Shown here: piece by piece, positions 41,791-52,594 of the stretch | Numbering within the stretch: position 1 is the first letter of the stretch | How the letters are laid out: the number at the start of each line of letters is the position of its first letter | Notes under the pieces: model-generated | Database searches by the model: none | Told to the model about the DNA's origin: nothing | The model's input: the letters and a program-made list of their open reading frames with translations, nothing else | Made by a program: the position numbers and the translations under genes | Source of the DNA: an uncultured Chloroflexia bacterium | GTDB taxonomy: Bacteria; Chloroflexota; Limnocylindria; Limnocylindrales; CSP1-4 | NCBI GenBank assembly: GCA_963731995.1 | Contig: CAVSXV010000004.1 | Span: 64,973-128,972 of the forward strand | Direction: 5' to 3' | DNA: 64,000 nt

Positions 41791-44405
41791 TTAGTCCCTC
41801 GAGGTCTGCTCGCGTCCATGGAGCGAGACGTGTTGACCGTGCACACGCTGTCGCTCCACGCCAGACTTGAACCTCGGCGCTGGTCGCCGTACTTGGAGAG
41901 ATCGCCCAGAGGAATTGGTCCTGGGCTCAGTGCCCGGCACGACCAGTTGCCACTCCAGCCCGACCTGCGCGTCGCTGCTACCCCAAGAAATCGCCAAGAT
42001 CAGTCGGTCGTCCGGTTCATCGCAACGCGCATGGGCGACGAGCAGGTAAGGAGATGAAGCGTCGACGGGCACTGAGTACTGCAGCGCGTCACCCGCCTGT
42101 AACTCGACATCCTCTCGAAGGACCGGTGCGCCTTCACCGGGCCTAGGAGGAGCCTCGGTGAGCGGCGCCGATTGTGACCAGAGAGGTCGAATCGTCGAAG
42201 CCCCATCGATCAGCCGGGTCGTCGTGTAGCTCGAAGAGGTATGCATTGTCGGCGGCATACACAATCTTGGTGTGGTCTCGCAGGAACGCCAACGACAGCA
42301 ACGGTGAGCGCCACGCGTCGACATCTGTTGTATCACGATCCCACACGAAATACGACGCGCCATTGATGCGGATGTTGCTCAAGACCTGCTCTGTGGTGCC
42401 ATCAGCGATCGGGACTGATAGTCCACGCACCATCGCTTCACTGAAGATTTGCGGGATGTCGCGATGTCCAACCCACGCAAGCACCTTGCCAGGGCCGACG
42501 AAAGCGCTCGACCGATCCAAGACCCTGTAACCGTTCACATTTGCCGCGAGGAGTTCGTCCCTGTCGACTTCGCCCGTGAAGAATTGGGGCGACATGCGGA
42601 AGAGCCAATTCGTCATCGAAAGCATGGGAGTGATAGCGAGGCCAACTACCAGGAGGCCGACGAGTGGTATGGCCAAGAAACGGCGCTCGACACTAGCTGT
42701 CGACAACTTGATCAATAGGCTAGCCATCCCTGCGCCGATAAGGGCGCTGGTCAGTGCCAGAAGCGGTATCGCGTATCGGAAGTACTGAGCGCTGACTGCC
42801 CACCCCAGATACGCGACGATTGCAGCAACAGCGATGAAGGCGCTGCTGCGCGTCTCGGCGCGAATACGGCCAATGGAAGCAACATCAGCAACAGGATCCC
42901 GATATTGCCCGCTCCGCCTTCGTTGAACAGGCTGCCCTGAAATGTCGCCGCCCAGGGAAGTGTCAGGATACTCAGCGGACTGCGCCCGACGCCGAACTCG
43001 GCCAGGTTGCCGATGCCGCTCGAAGACCCTGGCTCCAAGAGAGGACCGAGTGCACCCAGCGCGTAGTCGAGGCCCAGGATGGAGCCTGTTCGTTGGAACA
43101 CCCAGACGATCCAAGGAAGTGCCAGAAGCGCACCCACAGAGAAGGTGGCGACCTGTCGAACTCTCCGGCCCAGACTCCAGCCTTCGCGGCCTACGACTGC
43201 GAGGGCGATCACAAGTCCAGCGACCGCGGTGGCGCTGACAACCTTGGAGACGTACGCGAAACTGGCGAGCGCACCTCCGAGGACCAGCATCGGGCGTCGG
43301 CCGGTCCGTTGCCAAAGGAGGACCGCGATCGCCCGCGCTGCAACAGACAACGGCCCGCGATACAGGTCAACATATGCGTGGCCAAGTTCCCACTGGACGA
43401 TGGGAATTGCAGCGAACACGGTACCCGCGAGCAAGGCCGAGGTACGGCCCGCAAGGAGCCAACCCAGCGAGCCGACGCCAACAATCGTCGCGAGGCCCAC
43501 TAGTGAGTGGCTGAGCTTCACACCGATGTCTCCACCTACCGCCCACCCCACGATAGACATCAGCTGAGCGTGAATGGCAGAATTCGGCAGGCGCCCACGT
43601 GATACCTGACGTCGTCCCGTCTGCCACGTCGTCCCTGTCTGCCAAATCTGGCGAGCCAGCGGCAGGTGTACTCTCACCGGATCGCTCATCCACTCGGGTG
43701 AGAGAGCCGTAAGCATCGCGTACCCGATCATTCCGCTGACCACACCCATCACCAGTGCTTCCCAGAGGGGCACAGGACCGTGAGCGACACATCCTGTTCC
43801 CGGCTGGCGTTTGGTGCGACGAAGAGTGACGACGAGAGCCGTGAGGGTTAGTACCACCAGCGTGATGGCGAGTGCTCCGGCATTCAGCTGACCGAGCGAT
43901 CCAAGGACGAGCAGGACCAGGCCGAGAATTGTGTTGCCCGCCGCGAAACAGACAACTGCACGAAGTGGAAATGGGTTCGATGGGGGCATGAGATGACCCA
44001 CCAGTGCCTCACCGACGAGCCATGCGATGACACCGATGCCGAAGACGATAGCCACGGTTACTAGCGAGCCGGTGATAAGGGCTGCTATGACCACGATCAA
44101 TCCCAGCGCCACGGAAGCTGCCGCCAGCGTCGCTCCCGGTCGGATGCGCCAGACGATGAGGGTCAGGCTGGTGCATGCCAGAAGGACCAAGCCTGCGGTC
44201 GCGAACATCGACAGCTTCTCGTCCCACCAGGCTCGTCGCCGCCCGCCCCCCGCCCAGTCAGCATCGGCCTGACTGCGAGATACCAAGCTAGGCGAGCACC
44301 CTTCAGGGCAACGAACCCAATCCAGCCAATAGCGAGGACCGCCAACCCAACTCGCAGTCTGCTCGGAATTGCCGGCGCAGACGCCACGTCATCACTCATA
44401 CACAT
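41791..44405 (-). pseudogene. Large polytopic membrane protein with a C-terminal soluble domain (GT-C-like glycosyltransferase or polymerase candidate), frame-disrupted
   Basis: ORF 42751..44286 (511 aa) is almost entirely hydrophobic helices ('LVLLACTSLTLIVW', 'GLIVVIAALITGSLVTVAIVFGIGVIAWLV', 'GNIGILLLMLLPLAVF' and others). It continues in the frame of ORF 42143..43315 ('FIAVAAIVAYLGWAVSAQYFRYAIPLLAL...' plus a soluble part) and in ORF 41791..42363. The N-terminus 'MSDDVASAPAIPSRLRVGLAVLAIGWIGFVAL' is near 44405. Confidence 0.4.
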
Positions 44406-44919
44406 CCGCTTCGCGTTTGGCATCACCGTGGTGTCGGCAGCCAACGGTCCTGCAGTCTAGGTCGTCCAGTCGCCTTTCACTGCGTGAGTGTCGTCGGTCA
44501 GAGCATAGCGCGAGGGCGTGCTGGTGGAGGCGGAACTGCTCGTCGTGCGGCCGCGATGCCACGAGGTCGAGTGCTGGCTCGAGCAAGTCCGGAAGTACCG
44601 GTCGTCGTGGACCGGGGCGCAGATATGCCGACGGTGCCCACGCGGGTGTCCCAGCGGCGCTAGAGGTAGCCGTTGCGGCGGGCGCTGCGGTGCTCGCGGT
44701 CGCGTGCCTTCCACGGACCCTCGGGAGGTCGCCCGGCTCAGGACCTTGGGATTGAACTCATGCTCGGATAACTATGGACCTCCCCTCACCGCCATCGGGG
44801 GTCGCACCCGCCCGAGGCGCTTGCGACGACCTATCCGCGGATTCCACTGAGCGCCGGGAACTCGGGCGACGCGGAAACCGTTCGCCCTTGGTCGAAGCGG
44901 TGCTAAGTGTCTCCTTTCC

Positions 44920-45971
44920 TCACGGCTCGCGGACCAACCTGCCCACCGCACGGAAGGGCTCCGTGGTGCGCCACGAGGTCGAGTTCTGCATGGCCTCGAT
45001 CTGCGCTCGCAGTCTGTCCTAGCCGTCGGACCAAGTCTTGCTCATGAGCAGAGTGAGAGGCGACCTCGGCACGCAGCGCGTCTGTCTGGTTGGTCTCTTC
45101 AAGCAGCCGCTCCCGAAGCTGGGCCAGTCCCAGGCGAAGCCATCCACGACGTCTACGGTCGCCTTGCGCACACGTCGGCTCCAGCCTTCGCGGTCACGAG
45201 AGATCAGGCTCCACACATGTGCTTGCGGCGCGATCCCATCGGGACACCCGCAGGAGCAGGTCCTCTGGCCACCAGTCGCCATCCGCAGACTCCAGCCAGT
45301 CCGAGAGCGGCGGCGGCCCCCATGTGGGCCCGGTCCTCCAGTGCGCGCGAAAGTGGAGGCATGTGACGGTGGGCTCGTACGCCAGGTTCGCGCCCCGGAC
45401 GGGCCGACGATGCGCCGCCAAAGCGTCAGGTCCCCCGCCTCGGGAACCTCCTCGGGCCAAAAGCCGTAGCGCTCGAGGCAAGTTCTGCGATGGACCACGC
45501 AGGAGGCCGGGATGGAATTGCCCACTTCCATGAACCAGTCGAAGGCGTCGGGCCGCCGCAGGTCCACAGCGAACGGAACGGTCGTGCCGTCGTCGTCGAC
45601 CCACAGCGGTCGGCTGTAGGCCCATTCGACTCCCGGGTCGGTGAACGTCGGCCCATGCGTTCCAGATGGTCAGGAAAGTACAGATCATCGTGGGCCATGA
45701 AGGCCACCAGCTCGCCAGTCGCCTCGCGAAGGGCGAGCGTTGCGGTTGGCGTATCCGAAGTTCGGTGCCTTCGGCAGGTCGAACCAGCGGATCCGCTCGT
45801 CCTCGAACGACTCCACGACCGCCGCGGTGTCGTCCTTGCAGCCGTCGCCGACGACCAGGAACTCGAATCGAGTTCAGTCTGAGCGAGGACCGACTCGATC
45901 GCGAATCCGACGACGTCGGCACGGTCGTGTGTCGGCAGCAGGACGCTGAAGCGCGGGCTCATCAGCTGCAC
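44920..45971 (-). pseudogene. GT2-family glycosyltransferase with a C-terminal coiled-coil tail, frame-disrupted
   Basis: The GT2 start is '[28 protein letters not shown]'. Later pieces are '[27 protein letters not shown]' and 'RRPDAFDWFMEVGNSIPASCVVHRRTCLERYGFWPEE'. The tail reads 'LRERLLEETNQTDALRAEVAS...DRLRAQIEAMQNSTSWRTTEPFRAVGRLVREP*' (stop 44920-44922). Confidence 0.6.
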
Positions 45972-45989
45972 GCCGCGGTCGGACCCGGG

Positions 45990-46536
45990 CTACCAGCCGG
46001 GCGTGTCGCCGAACGAGTACGGGATCAGCGGTGTGTCGAGCGGCAGTCGGTACTTGTCCGGGGCGTCGTGGTCGAACGGCGTGGTCGGGAAGTTGACCAC
46101 GATGCGTCCTCGGTGCCGAGGTTCTTCGACGCGTGCCAGACGAAGGCAGGGATGTTGACGATGAAGTGATCACGGTCGCGAGCACCAGCCTACAGAGGTT
46201 TCCGTTCGTCGCGGAGTCCGGTCGAACGTCGTACAGCACCAGCTCGAGCTCGCCACGGATCAGGTAGTAGCGGTCCTGATGTTCCTTGTGTAGAGCCCAG
46301 CCCTTGGCGTGGCCCGGCCGTTCGGTGAGGTAGTACGCGTAGACCAGTGGGTCCGGATGCCACTCCCAGCGCGCGTCCACGATCTCGGTCAGCGTTCCAC
46401 GGTCATCTGTGTGCGTCGGAGATCGATGGATCGACATGCCATCGAGCAATGGTGCGATCTCGACCCCATCCGGGGTGACCGTCTGCTGGTCGCGGATTGC
46501 GGGACCGAGCGTTCGCTCGAGAAGATCTCGGGACAT
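45990..46536 (-). pseudogene. RmlC-like cupin (sugar-nucleotide epimerase/isomerase family), one or two frame disruptions
   Basis: 'IHRSPTHTDDRGTLTEIVDARWEWHPDPLVYAYYLTERPGHAKGWALHKEHQDRYYLIRGELELVLYDVR' is in ORF 45874..46536. It continues in another frame as 'DHFIVNIPAFVWHASKNLG...PLIPYSFGDTPGW*'. Confidence 0.5.
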
Positions 46537-46784
46537 ATGGACCTCGTCGCTGTCGTCGGCCAGGGAGCGCCCGATGGCCGGGTCTGCTGTTTCCGGTGGC
46601 GCTCACCGTAGCACCGCTCGCGGGGCGGCTCCGCCGCTGTCGCGGCTCGACGCTGGGGGTACAGGCAGCCCCGGACGGATGGTGCCAGAGCGGGGGCCGG
46701 CAATGGGCCAGGACTGGCCCGAGACGAGGATGCGGTAGCGTCTCCGATGTCACACTCGAGCCACCTTGGCCAGGAGGCAAGTTT

Positions 46785-48445
46785 ATGCGCCAGCTCACCC
46801 TGGACTTTGATCAGTAGAGAGGAACAGGGCGGGACGACGTTCGTACTCGGCGTCCATGGAGCACTGCCGGGCAGCGCTGGGTCGGTTCGCCGCGTGAGCT
46901 TCCATCACGACCTGCCGGCTTCGGAGCCGCGTGTCCTCGATGGCTACGTTCTGGCTGTACTTCTGCTGGCGCTCGAACACGTGGACCGGATCGTGGTCAA
47001 GGGTCCGGTCTCGGCGAGGGCCCTCCGCAACGTGCATATCCTCGGTGAGGCCTGGCACTCGTGGCGGCCGGACCGATACCGGCCTGTCGAGATCATCCCC
47101 GAGGCCGTGGTGTCCGAAGCCGAGTGTCGCGCAGCGAGGGATCCGCACCAGCCTGCACGAGCGATCGCGGCCTTCTCCGGCGGAGTCGATGGCACCTTCC
47201 TGGCCCTGCGCCACGCGACCGGGCAGCTAGGCAGGGCCTCGTATCCGCTCGCCGACGTGGTCCTCGTCCAGGGGTTCGACGTCGCCAGGCAGAACACTGC
47301 AGCGTTCGAGGCGCTGCTCGAGCGCACGAAGCCCCTGACCGACTCGCTCGACCTCCGCGTGCACGTCGTGCGAACGGACATCAGGGAGCAGCTCGCACAG
47401 GACTGGGAGCACTCGTTCGGGGCGCAGCTCGCCTGCGTCCTGCACCAGTTTTCGGACCGCTTCGAGTACGGCCTTATCGGAAGCGGTGAGCCCTACAATC
47501 GGCAGCTGCCCGTCTGGGGCTCGACCCCTGCCACGGACTACCTGTTGTCGGGTGGTGCTTTCGACATCGTCCATGAGGGCGCAGGGTATTCGAGGACCGA
47601 GAAAGTGGCAGTGATCGCGGGCAACTCTGTCGCAAGGCGGACGCTCAAGGTCTGTTGGGCAGGCCCAGACCAGGGCCGGAACTGCGGAACGTGCGAGAAG
47701 TGCGTGCGAACGCGGCTGAACTTCCTCGCGGCCGGCGTGCCGGCGCCGGAGTGCTTCGACACACCGTTCGACCCCGGAAGCATCCCCTCGTTGTCAGTGA
47801 CGTCCGAAAATCAGATCGTCGAACTGGAGAGCATCCTCGAGTTCGTCGAGCGCGATGGCCTGAACGATGCGTGGGTAGCGATGTTGCGGGAGCGCGTCAG
47901 GGATCTGCGGGCCGACCATCCGCCAGAACAGACGACACGGCTCGACGCGCCAAGCCAAGAGGCATCCACATCGCCTACCGATCGCTCGAGGCGGCGTCCC
48001 AGGCAGCGGCGGAGTCATCGCCTGATCCGACTGGCCCTCGGGGTCGGTATCCGGCTCGGCTTGCCAAACCCGCTATTCGACGCGGTCTGGTACCAGCGCG
48101 CATACGCGGGCGTGCCGGACGGGCGGTTGCGATCTTGGCGTCACTGGCGGCGCGGGGCTCACGCCGCGATGGACACGACCCCAACGAGTTGTTCGATACG
48201 GATTGGTACCTGAAGACCTATCCCGACGTTCGCGCCTCGGTCTGGACCCGCTCAGTCACTACCTCCTGCATGGCTCTTGGGAGAGCCGGGACCCTGGTCC
48301 CCGATTCGACGTTCGCACCTACCTCGAGCGCTATCCAGACGTGCGCGAGTCGGGCCTGGATCCACTGCTTCACTACCGCCGCTTCGGCAGAGCCGAGGGG
48401 CGCGTGATCACCCCGAGCAGACGTCGCGAGGCCCGGCCGGGCTGA
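46785..48445 (+). pseudogene. QueC-like PP-loop ATPase fused to three 'FDxxWYxxxYPDV' repeats, frame-disrupted; start uncertain
   Basis: The PP-loop is 'RAIAAFSGGVDGTFLALRH'. The Cys cluster is 'LKVCWAGPDQGRNCGTCEKCVRTRLNFL', a CxxCxxC as in QueC-type enzymes. The C-terminal repeats lie at 48076-48403: 'LFDAVWYQRAYAGVPDG', 'LFDTDWYLKTYPDVRASGLDPLSHYLLHGSWESRDPGPRFDVRTYLERYPDVRESGLDPLLHYRRFGRAEGR'. Confidence 0.55.
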
Positions 48446-48586
48446 GTGGCGACGTCGCTGACGCATCCACCACAAGCCGCTGCGGGGTCGTGAGCATCGG
48501 GTTCTCCTCGCGCAGCACTCGCAAACACGATCCGATGCCCCGTATGCTGAGGGCATCGCGGTTCGGATAGCGGTGGGAGGCGAAAG

Positions 48587-49354
48587 GTGGACCTGGGGCT
48601 GAATGGCAAGCGCGCGCTGGTCGGCGGCGGCGCGTCCGGCATCGGCGCCGGGATCGCCGGAGAGCTGGCGGCCGAGGGCGCGCGCATCGTGCTGGCCGCA
48701 CGACCGGCGAGACGCTCGAGGATCGAGGCCGCGCCGCTCGGTGGCGCGTTCGTGGTCGCCGACCTGGCCACGCCCGATGGCCCGGTCGCCGCAGTCGCTG
48801 CGGCGGTCGACCAGCTCGGCGGGCTGGACCTGCTCGTGGTCAACTCCGGCGGCCCGCCTGCGGGGACCTTCGAGACGCTCGGCGAGGAGGAGTGGGAGCG
48901 TGCCATCGACGGCACCCTGCAGTCGGCGCTGCGACTCATCCGCGCCGCACTGCCGCACCTGCGCGAGGGGAGCGATCCAGCCATCGTCATCAACCTCAGC
49001 TCGTCGGTGCGCCAGCCGATCCCGGGCCTGACCACCAGCAACGTCCTCCGCCCCGGCCTTGCCGGGCTGATCAAGAACCTTGGCTTCGAGATCGCGCCGA
49101 TCCGCATCAACGGCGTGGCGCCGGGCCGCTTCGCGACCGACCGCGTCCGCCAGCTCGACAGCGCCCGTGCCGAGTCGACCGGCCAGACCATCGAGGAGGT
49201 CCGCCGGCAGACGGAGGCGACCATCCCGCTCGGCCGCTACGGCGACACCGCCGAGATCGGTCGCGTCGCCGCGTTCCTGCTCTCACCCGCCGCCTCCTAC
49301 GTCACCGGCGCGATCGTGCCCGTGGACGGCGGCATGGTCCGCGCGCTGCCGTGA
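48587..49354 (+). CDS. Short-chain dehydrogenase/reductase (FabG-like)
   Basis: Intact 255-aa ORF (GTG start, RBS gggagg). It has 'KRALVGGGASGIGAGIA', 'LLVVNSGG' and 'INGVAPGRFATDR'. Confidence 0.8.
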   Translation: MDLGLNGKRALVGGGASGIGAGIAGELAAEGARIVLAARPARRSRIEAAPLGGAFVVADLATPDGPVAAVAAAVDQLGGLDLLVVNSGGPPAGTFETLGEEEWERAIDGTLQSALRLIRAALPHLREGSDPAIVINLSSSVRQPIPGLTTSNVLRPGLAGLIKNLGFEIAPIRINGVAPGRFATDRVRQLDSARAESTGQTIEEVRRQTEATIPLGRYGDTAEIGRVAAFLLSPAASYVTGAIVPVDGGMVRALP

Positions 49355-49382
49355 CCGACCATCGAGACCACGAGGGGGACCA

Positions 49383-50292
49383 GTGGAGGGCATCTACAAC
49401 ATCGTGCCGACGCCGTTCGACGAGGCCGGCGCGGTCGACGAGCGCCAGCCTTCGACGGCTCATCGACTTCATCATCGAGCACCGGCGTCGACGGGCTGAC
49501 CATCCTCGGGTTCCTGGGCGAGGCGGCCAAGCTGTCGGAGGCCGAGCGCTCCCAGGTCATCGACGTCACCGTCGGAGGTCGGCCGACGGTCGAGTTCCGG
49601 TCGTGGTCGGCGCCACGGCCGCGGCGCACCGACCCGTGCGTCGCCTACGCGCGTGATGCGGTCGTCGCGGGGCGCGGCCGGCCTGCTCGTCGCGCCCGCC
49701 GCGGATGGACCGGCCCAACGAGGCTGCCGTGCGCGGCCACTACGAGACGCTGGCGGAGGCGGTGGACGTGCCCATCGTGGTGCAGGACTTCCCCGCCAGC
49801 TCCGGGGTGTTCATGACCCCGGCGTTCATCGGCCGGCTGGCGGCCGACGTGCCCTCCTGCGCTATCTCAAGCTGGAGGACGACCCCACGGCCCAGAAGGT
49901 CACGGCCATCCTCGCGGCCAACCCGGACGTGCGCATCTTCGGCGGGCTCGGTGGCAACTTCATGCTCGAGGAGCTCCAGCGCGGCGTCGGTCGGCATGAT
50001 GACCGGCTTCGGCTTCCCGGAGATCCTCGTCTCGATCTACCGAGACTTCCGGGCGGGCGAGATCGAGGCGGCGCGCGACACGTTCTACCGCTACCTGCCG
50101 CTCATCCGCTACGAGAACCAGCCCGGGCTGAACTTGCCGCTGCGCAAGCTCATCTACACGATACGCGGCGCGATGGACCACGCTGAGCCACGACGGCCAT
50201 ATCCGCCGCTCGACGATGTCACCCGGCTCGAGTTGGATGCCCTGATCACGCATCTCGGGTTGCGGACGCCCGGCGGAATCTCATTGGGCTGA
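49383..50292 (+). pseudogene. DapA-family (dihydrodipicolinate synthase / class I aldolase) protein, heavily frame-disrupted
   Basis: 'GIYNIVPTPFDEAGAVDE' comes first, followed by 'LIDFIIEHGVDGLTILGFLGEAAKLSEAERSQVIDV'. Later pieces are 'HYETLAEAVDVPIVVQDFPASSGVFMTPAFIGRLAADVP', 'YLKLEDDPTAQKVTAILAANPDVRIFGGLGGNFMLEELQRG' and 'GFGFPEILVSIYRDFRAGEIEAARDTFYRYLPLIRYE'. Confidence 0.65.
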
Positions 50293-50322
50293 CGGCCTCC
50301 CGCCGACGGGCAGGCGACTGGG

Positions 50323-51553
50323 CTATCTGTGTCGGAGCCTCGCCATCAGGTTGCGATACCACGCAGTCCATCGCCAGATGTGACTGGTCATCACGATGTC
50401 CCGCTCGGCAGCGATGGCGTCTCGCTCAGCCATCGCCCGTCGCGCTCGGCAGCCGCGACATCCCGCTCGGCGATCGCCTGGTCCCGCTCGGCCATCACCG
50501 TATCCCGTTCCGCTGCCGTCGAGTCGCAGAGGTCCTGTAAGGAAACGGATAGCCTGTACCGCGTAACCGACTGGTACCCGTGTGCGCTCTACGGGCATGT
50601 CGGAGGCAACTGGCGCTCGGTTCCTCTGCCTCGCCGATGAGCATCTTGATGGATGGTTCGAGGGCTTCGGCAAGGGCGCCGTCTGGCTCCGTCGTCGGCG
50701 GCATGTTCGAGACTCCCTGCTCGCCGTCGGCCGGGATCGAGTGACTGGCCCAGAAGTCATCGAGCCGCCCCGACTGTTCCATTCGACGCAACATCTGGTT
50801 CTGCCAGCCATGCGAGCGCGGCAGGTGGGAATCGATGAGGGCTTGGCCGTGCCGGGATTTCAGCGCGACCTGCCTCCGGCTCGGCAGAGGTAGATGGGCC
50901 GCCCGGAGCCGGCTCGCCGGCTCATCGATCTCGTGCACTCCTTGGGTGTGCTTGAGGTCGTGGGCGCCAGCCTTGATCCAGCTCGCGCGGTGCCCACGCA
51001 TGATGATCTTGGACTCGAACCGGGCATCGAAGTAGTTCATGTTCCCGCGTTCGATCTCATCGGCCAGGATCTCTCCCGGCACCTCGGCGAAGATATTCGG
51101 TCGCGCCCGATACCGGATCTCGTCGTAGCGAGCAAGGTCGGCATCATCGAAGGTGCTCGGAGCGACCCAGTTGTGCACTTCGTATCTCACGGCGTCTACG
51201 TCGGGGGGCACGTCGGCGAGGATGTCGCGGAGGCCTTGTCCGCGCGGTGCGAGCAGGTACTCATCCGCATCGAACACGTACACCCACTCGTGCTCCGCGA
51301 AGCGACCGACGCGCGCCATCAGTGCCGTCGCTGCTTCCTGGCTGTAGTCGGGGTCATCGAGCCGGTAGACCGACAGACGGCCCGGCCATGCGCGCTCCAG
51401 ATGCCCCAGGCCGGTTGCAGTCTCGTCGGTGCTGGCATGGTCCAGCACCAGCACATGGTCTACGTGGTTCGCCAATGCGTGTGTGATGGCTAGCGCAAGA
51501 CGCGGCCACTCATCGCGTGCCATCACATAGCCGACGATGCGAGACGTGGTCAT
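50323..51553 (-). pseudogene. GT-A-type glycosyltransferase (GT2-like) with a C-terminal 'AERD' heptad coiled-coil tail, one frame disruption in the tail
   Basis: ORF 50495..51553 contains 'IVGYVMARDEWPRLALAITHALANHVDHVLVLDHASTDET' and 'EWVYVFDADEYLL' (DxD). The tail in ORF 50323..50811 and the adjacent frame reads 'AAERD TVMAERD QAIAERD VAAAERD ..AMAERD AIAAERD IVMTSHIWRWTAWYRNLMARLRHR*'. Confidence 0.6.
50395..50520 (-). repeat. Six tandem 21-nt (7-aa, xxxAERD) coding repeats
   Basis: Plus-strand copies of the gtcccgctcggc... motif recur every 21 nt. The minus-strand translation gives the AERD heptads. One copy carries the frame lesion. Confidence 0.7.
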
Positions 51554-52410
51554 GCCTCAATTCGCTCTACGAAGCCCTGTGCAGCGAGCCATTGCTCGTC
51601 GTGCTGCCTCAGCTGGCGATCGAACTCGCCTCGGAACGCGAAGTCCACGTACGAGGAAATCTTGCTGCGCGAAGGATCCACGAAGTGCACGGACTTCCCC
51701 AGCATCAGCGCGCTGACGACCACGTGCAGCCGATCGCTCACGACCACATCGGCGCTCCGTATCCGCTCCAGAAACTCGGCTAGGCTTCTCGTAGTCACGC
51801 TGATGTCGTCGTTCAGAGGTTCTACGGGACGCCAGCCATCCTCCCGAGTCGGCTGTCCTTGTCCGTCCTCAGCGCGATCAGCACCGACCCGCTGATATCC
51901 TCCTGGATCGGGCCGGATCGGGTGACGAGAAGTCCATGGCGTACAGCGCAGCATCCAGCGCAAGGGTGGCTCTGCCGAGTGGCTTGATCCGGTGGTATGA
52001 GTCGACTTCCCGTGCGAACGGGGTAGACGTTTAGCCGCGATAGGACGTCGAGCACCACTGGCACGGAGACGTCGTACGAAGATGGCAGCACCACAACGCG
52101 CTCAAAGGCAGTGGATGCGTCAGCGACGAGGCTGGGGAGCCAGTCGTGCCAGACTGCCGTCCATGCGCCGCTTCCTGGCACGACGAGCGTTCCGCCACGC
52201 CACGTGTCGGGATCTCGAAGCAGTTCGGACATCGGCAGCCTCGTATACGAGACCATGGTGTGTGTCGAGGAGCTGCGCCGTGCCCGCCCAGATCAGATGG
52301 TCGCCGATGTTGCCGTACATCTCGCCGAGGAGATGCACCGGTCCTATCTGTCGCACGAACGAGCAGACCGCATACCCATACAAGCGGGCGCGCTCGCGGA
52401 ACGGGATCAT
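51550..52410 (-). pseudogene. Polysaccharide pyruvyl transferase (CsaB/WcaK family), frame-disrupted
   Basis: 'MIPFRERARLYGYAVCSFVRQIGPVHLLGEMYGNIGDHLIWAGTAQLL' is in ORF 52120..52542. 'GGTLVVPGSGAWTAVWHDWLPSLVADASTAFERVVVLPSSYD' is in ORF 51822..52256. 'IRSADVVVSDRLHVVVSALMLGKSVHFVD' is in ORF 51550..51963. The stop overlaps the next ATG (ATGA). Confidence 0.65.
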
Positions 52411-52594
52411 GGGCGCGGGCTCGCTTGCGCCGGCGAGGCACATCGCGCCGGCGCTCGGGACTGTTGGGCGCCTCGGCAGACATGGCTCAGAGGATAATCG
52501 CTCGATCCGTCGCCGGGCTACGATTGCCCGATGCGACTTCACGACGGGTCCGCTCGGCCATGAGGGCCGTGCACTGGTTCGGCAGGACGATCCG

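Noticed and set aside
44406-44919. Possible small gene in the ~510-bp gap between the coiled-coil GT2 gene and the GT-C-like gene (ORFs 44369..44755+, 44518..44850+, 44392..44586-)
   Set aside because: None of the candidate translations shows motifs, hydrophobic helices or convincing codon bias. The gap is most simply the promoter/leader region of the GT-C-like gene. Left unannotated.
52082-52594. The upstream 170 aa of ORF 52082..53431 as part of the fourth sulfotransferase
   Set aside because: This part overlaps the pyruvyl transferase coding path on the opposite strand and is Arg-rich shadow sequence. The sulfotransferase motifs all lie downstream of ATG 52595.
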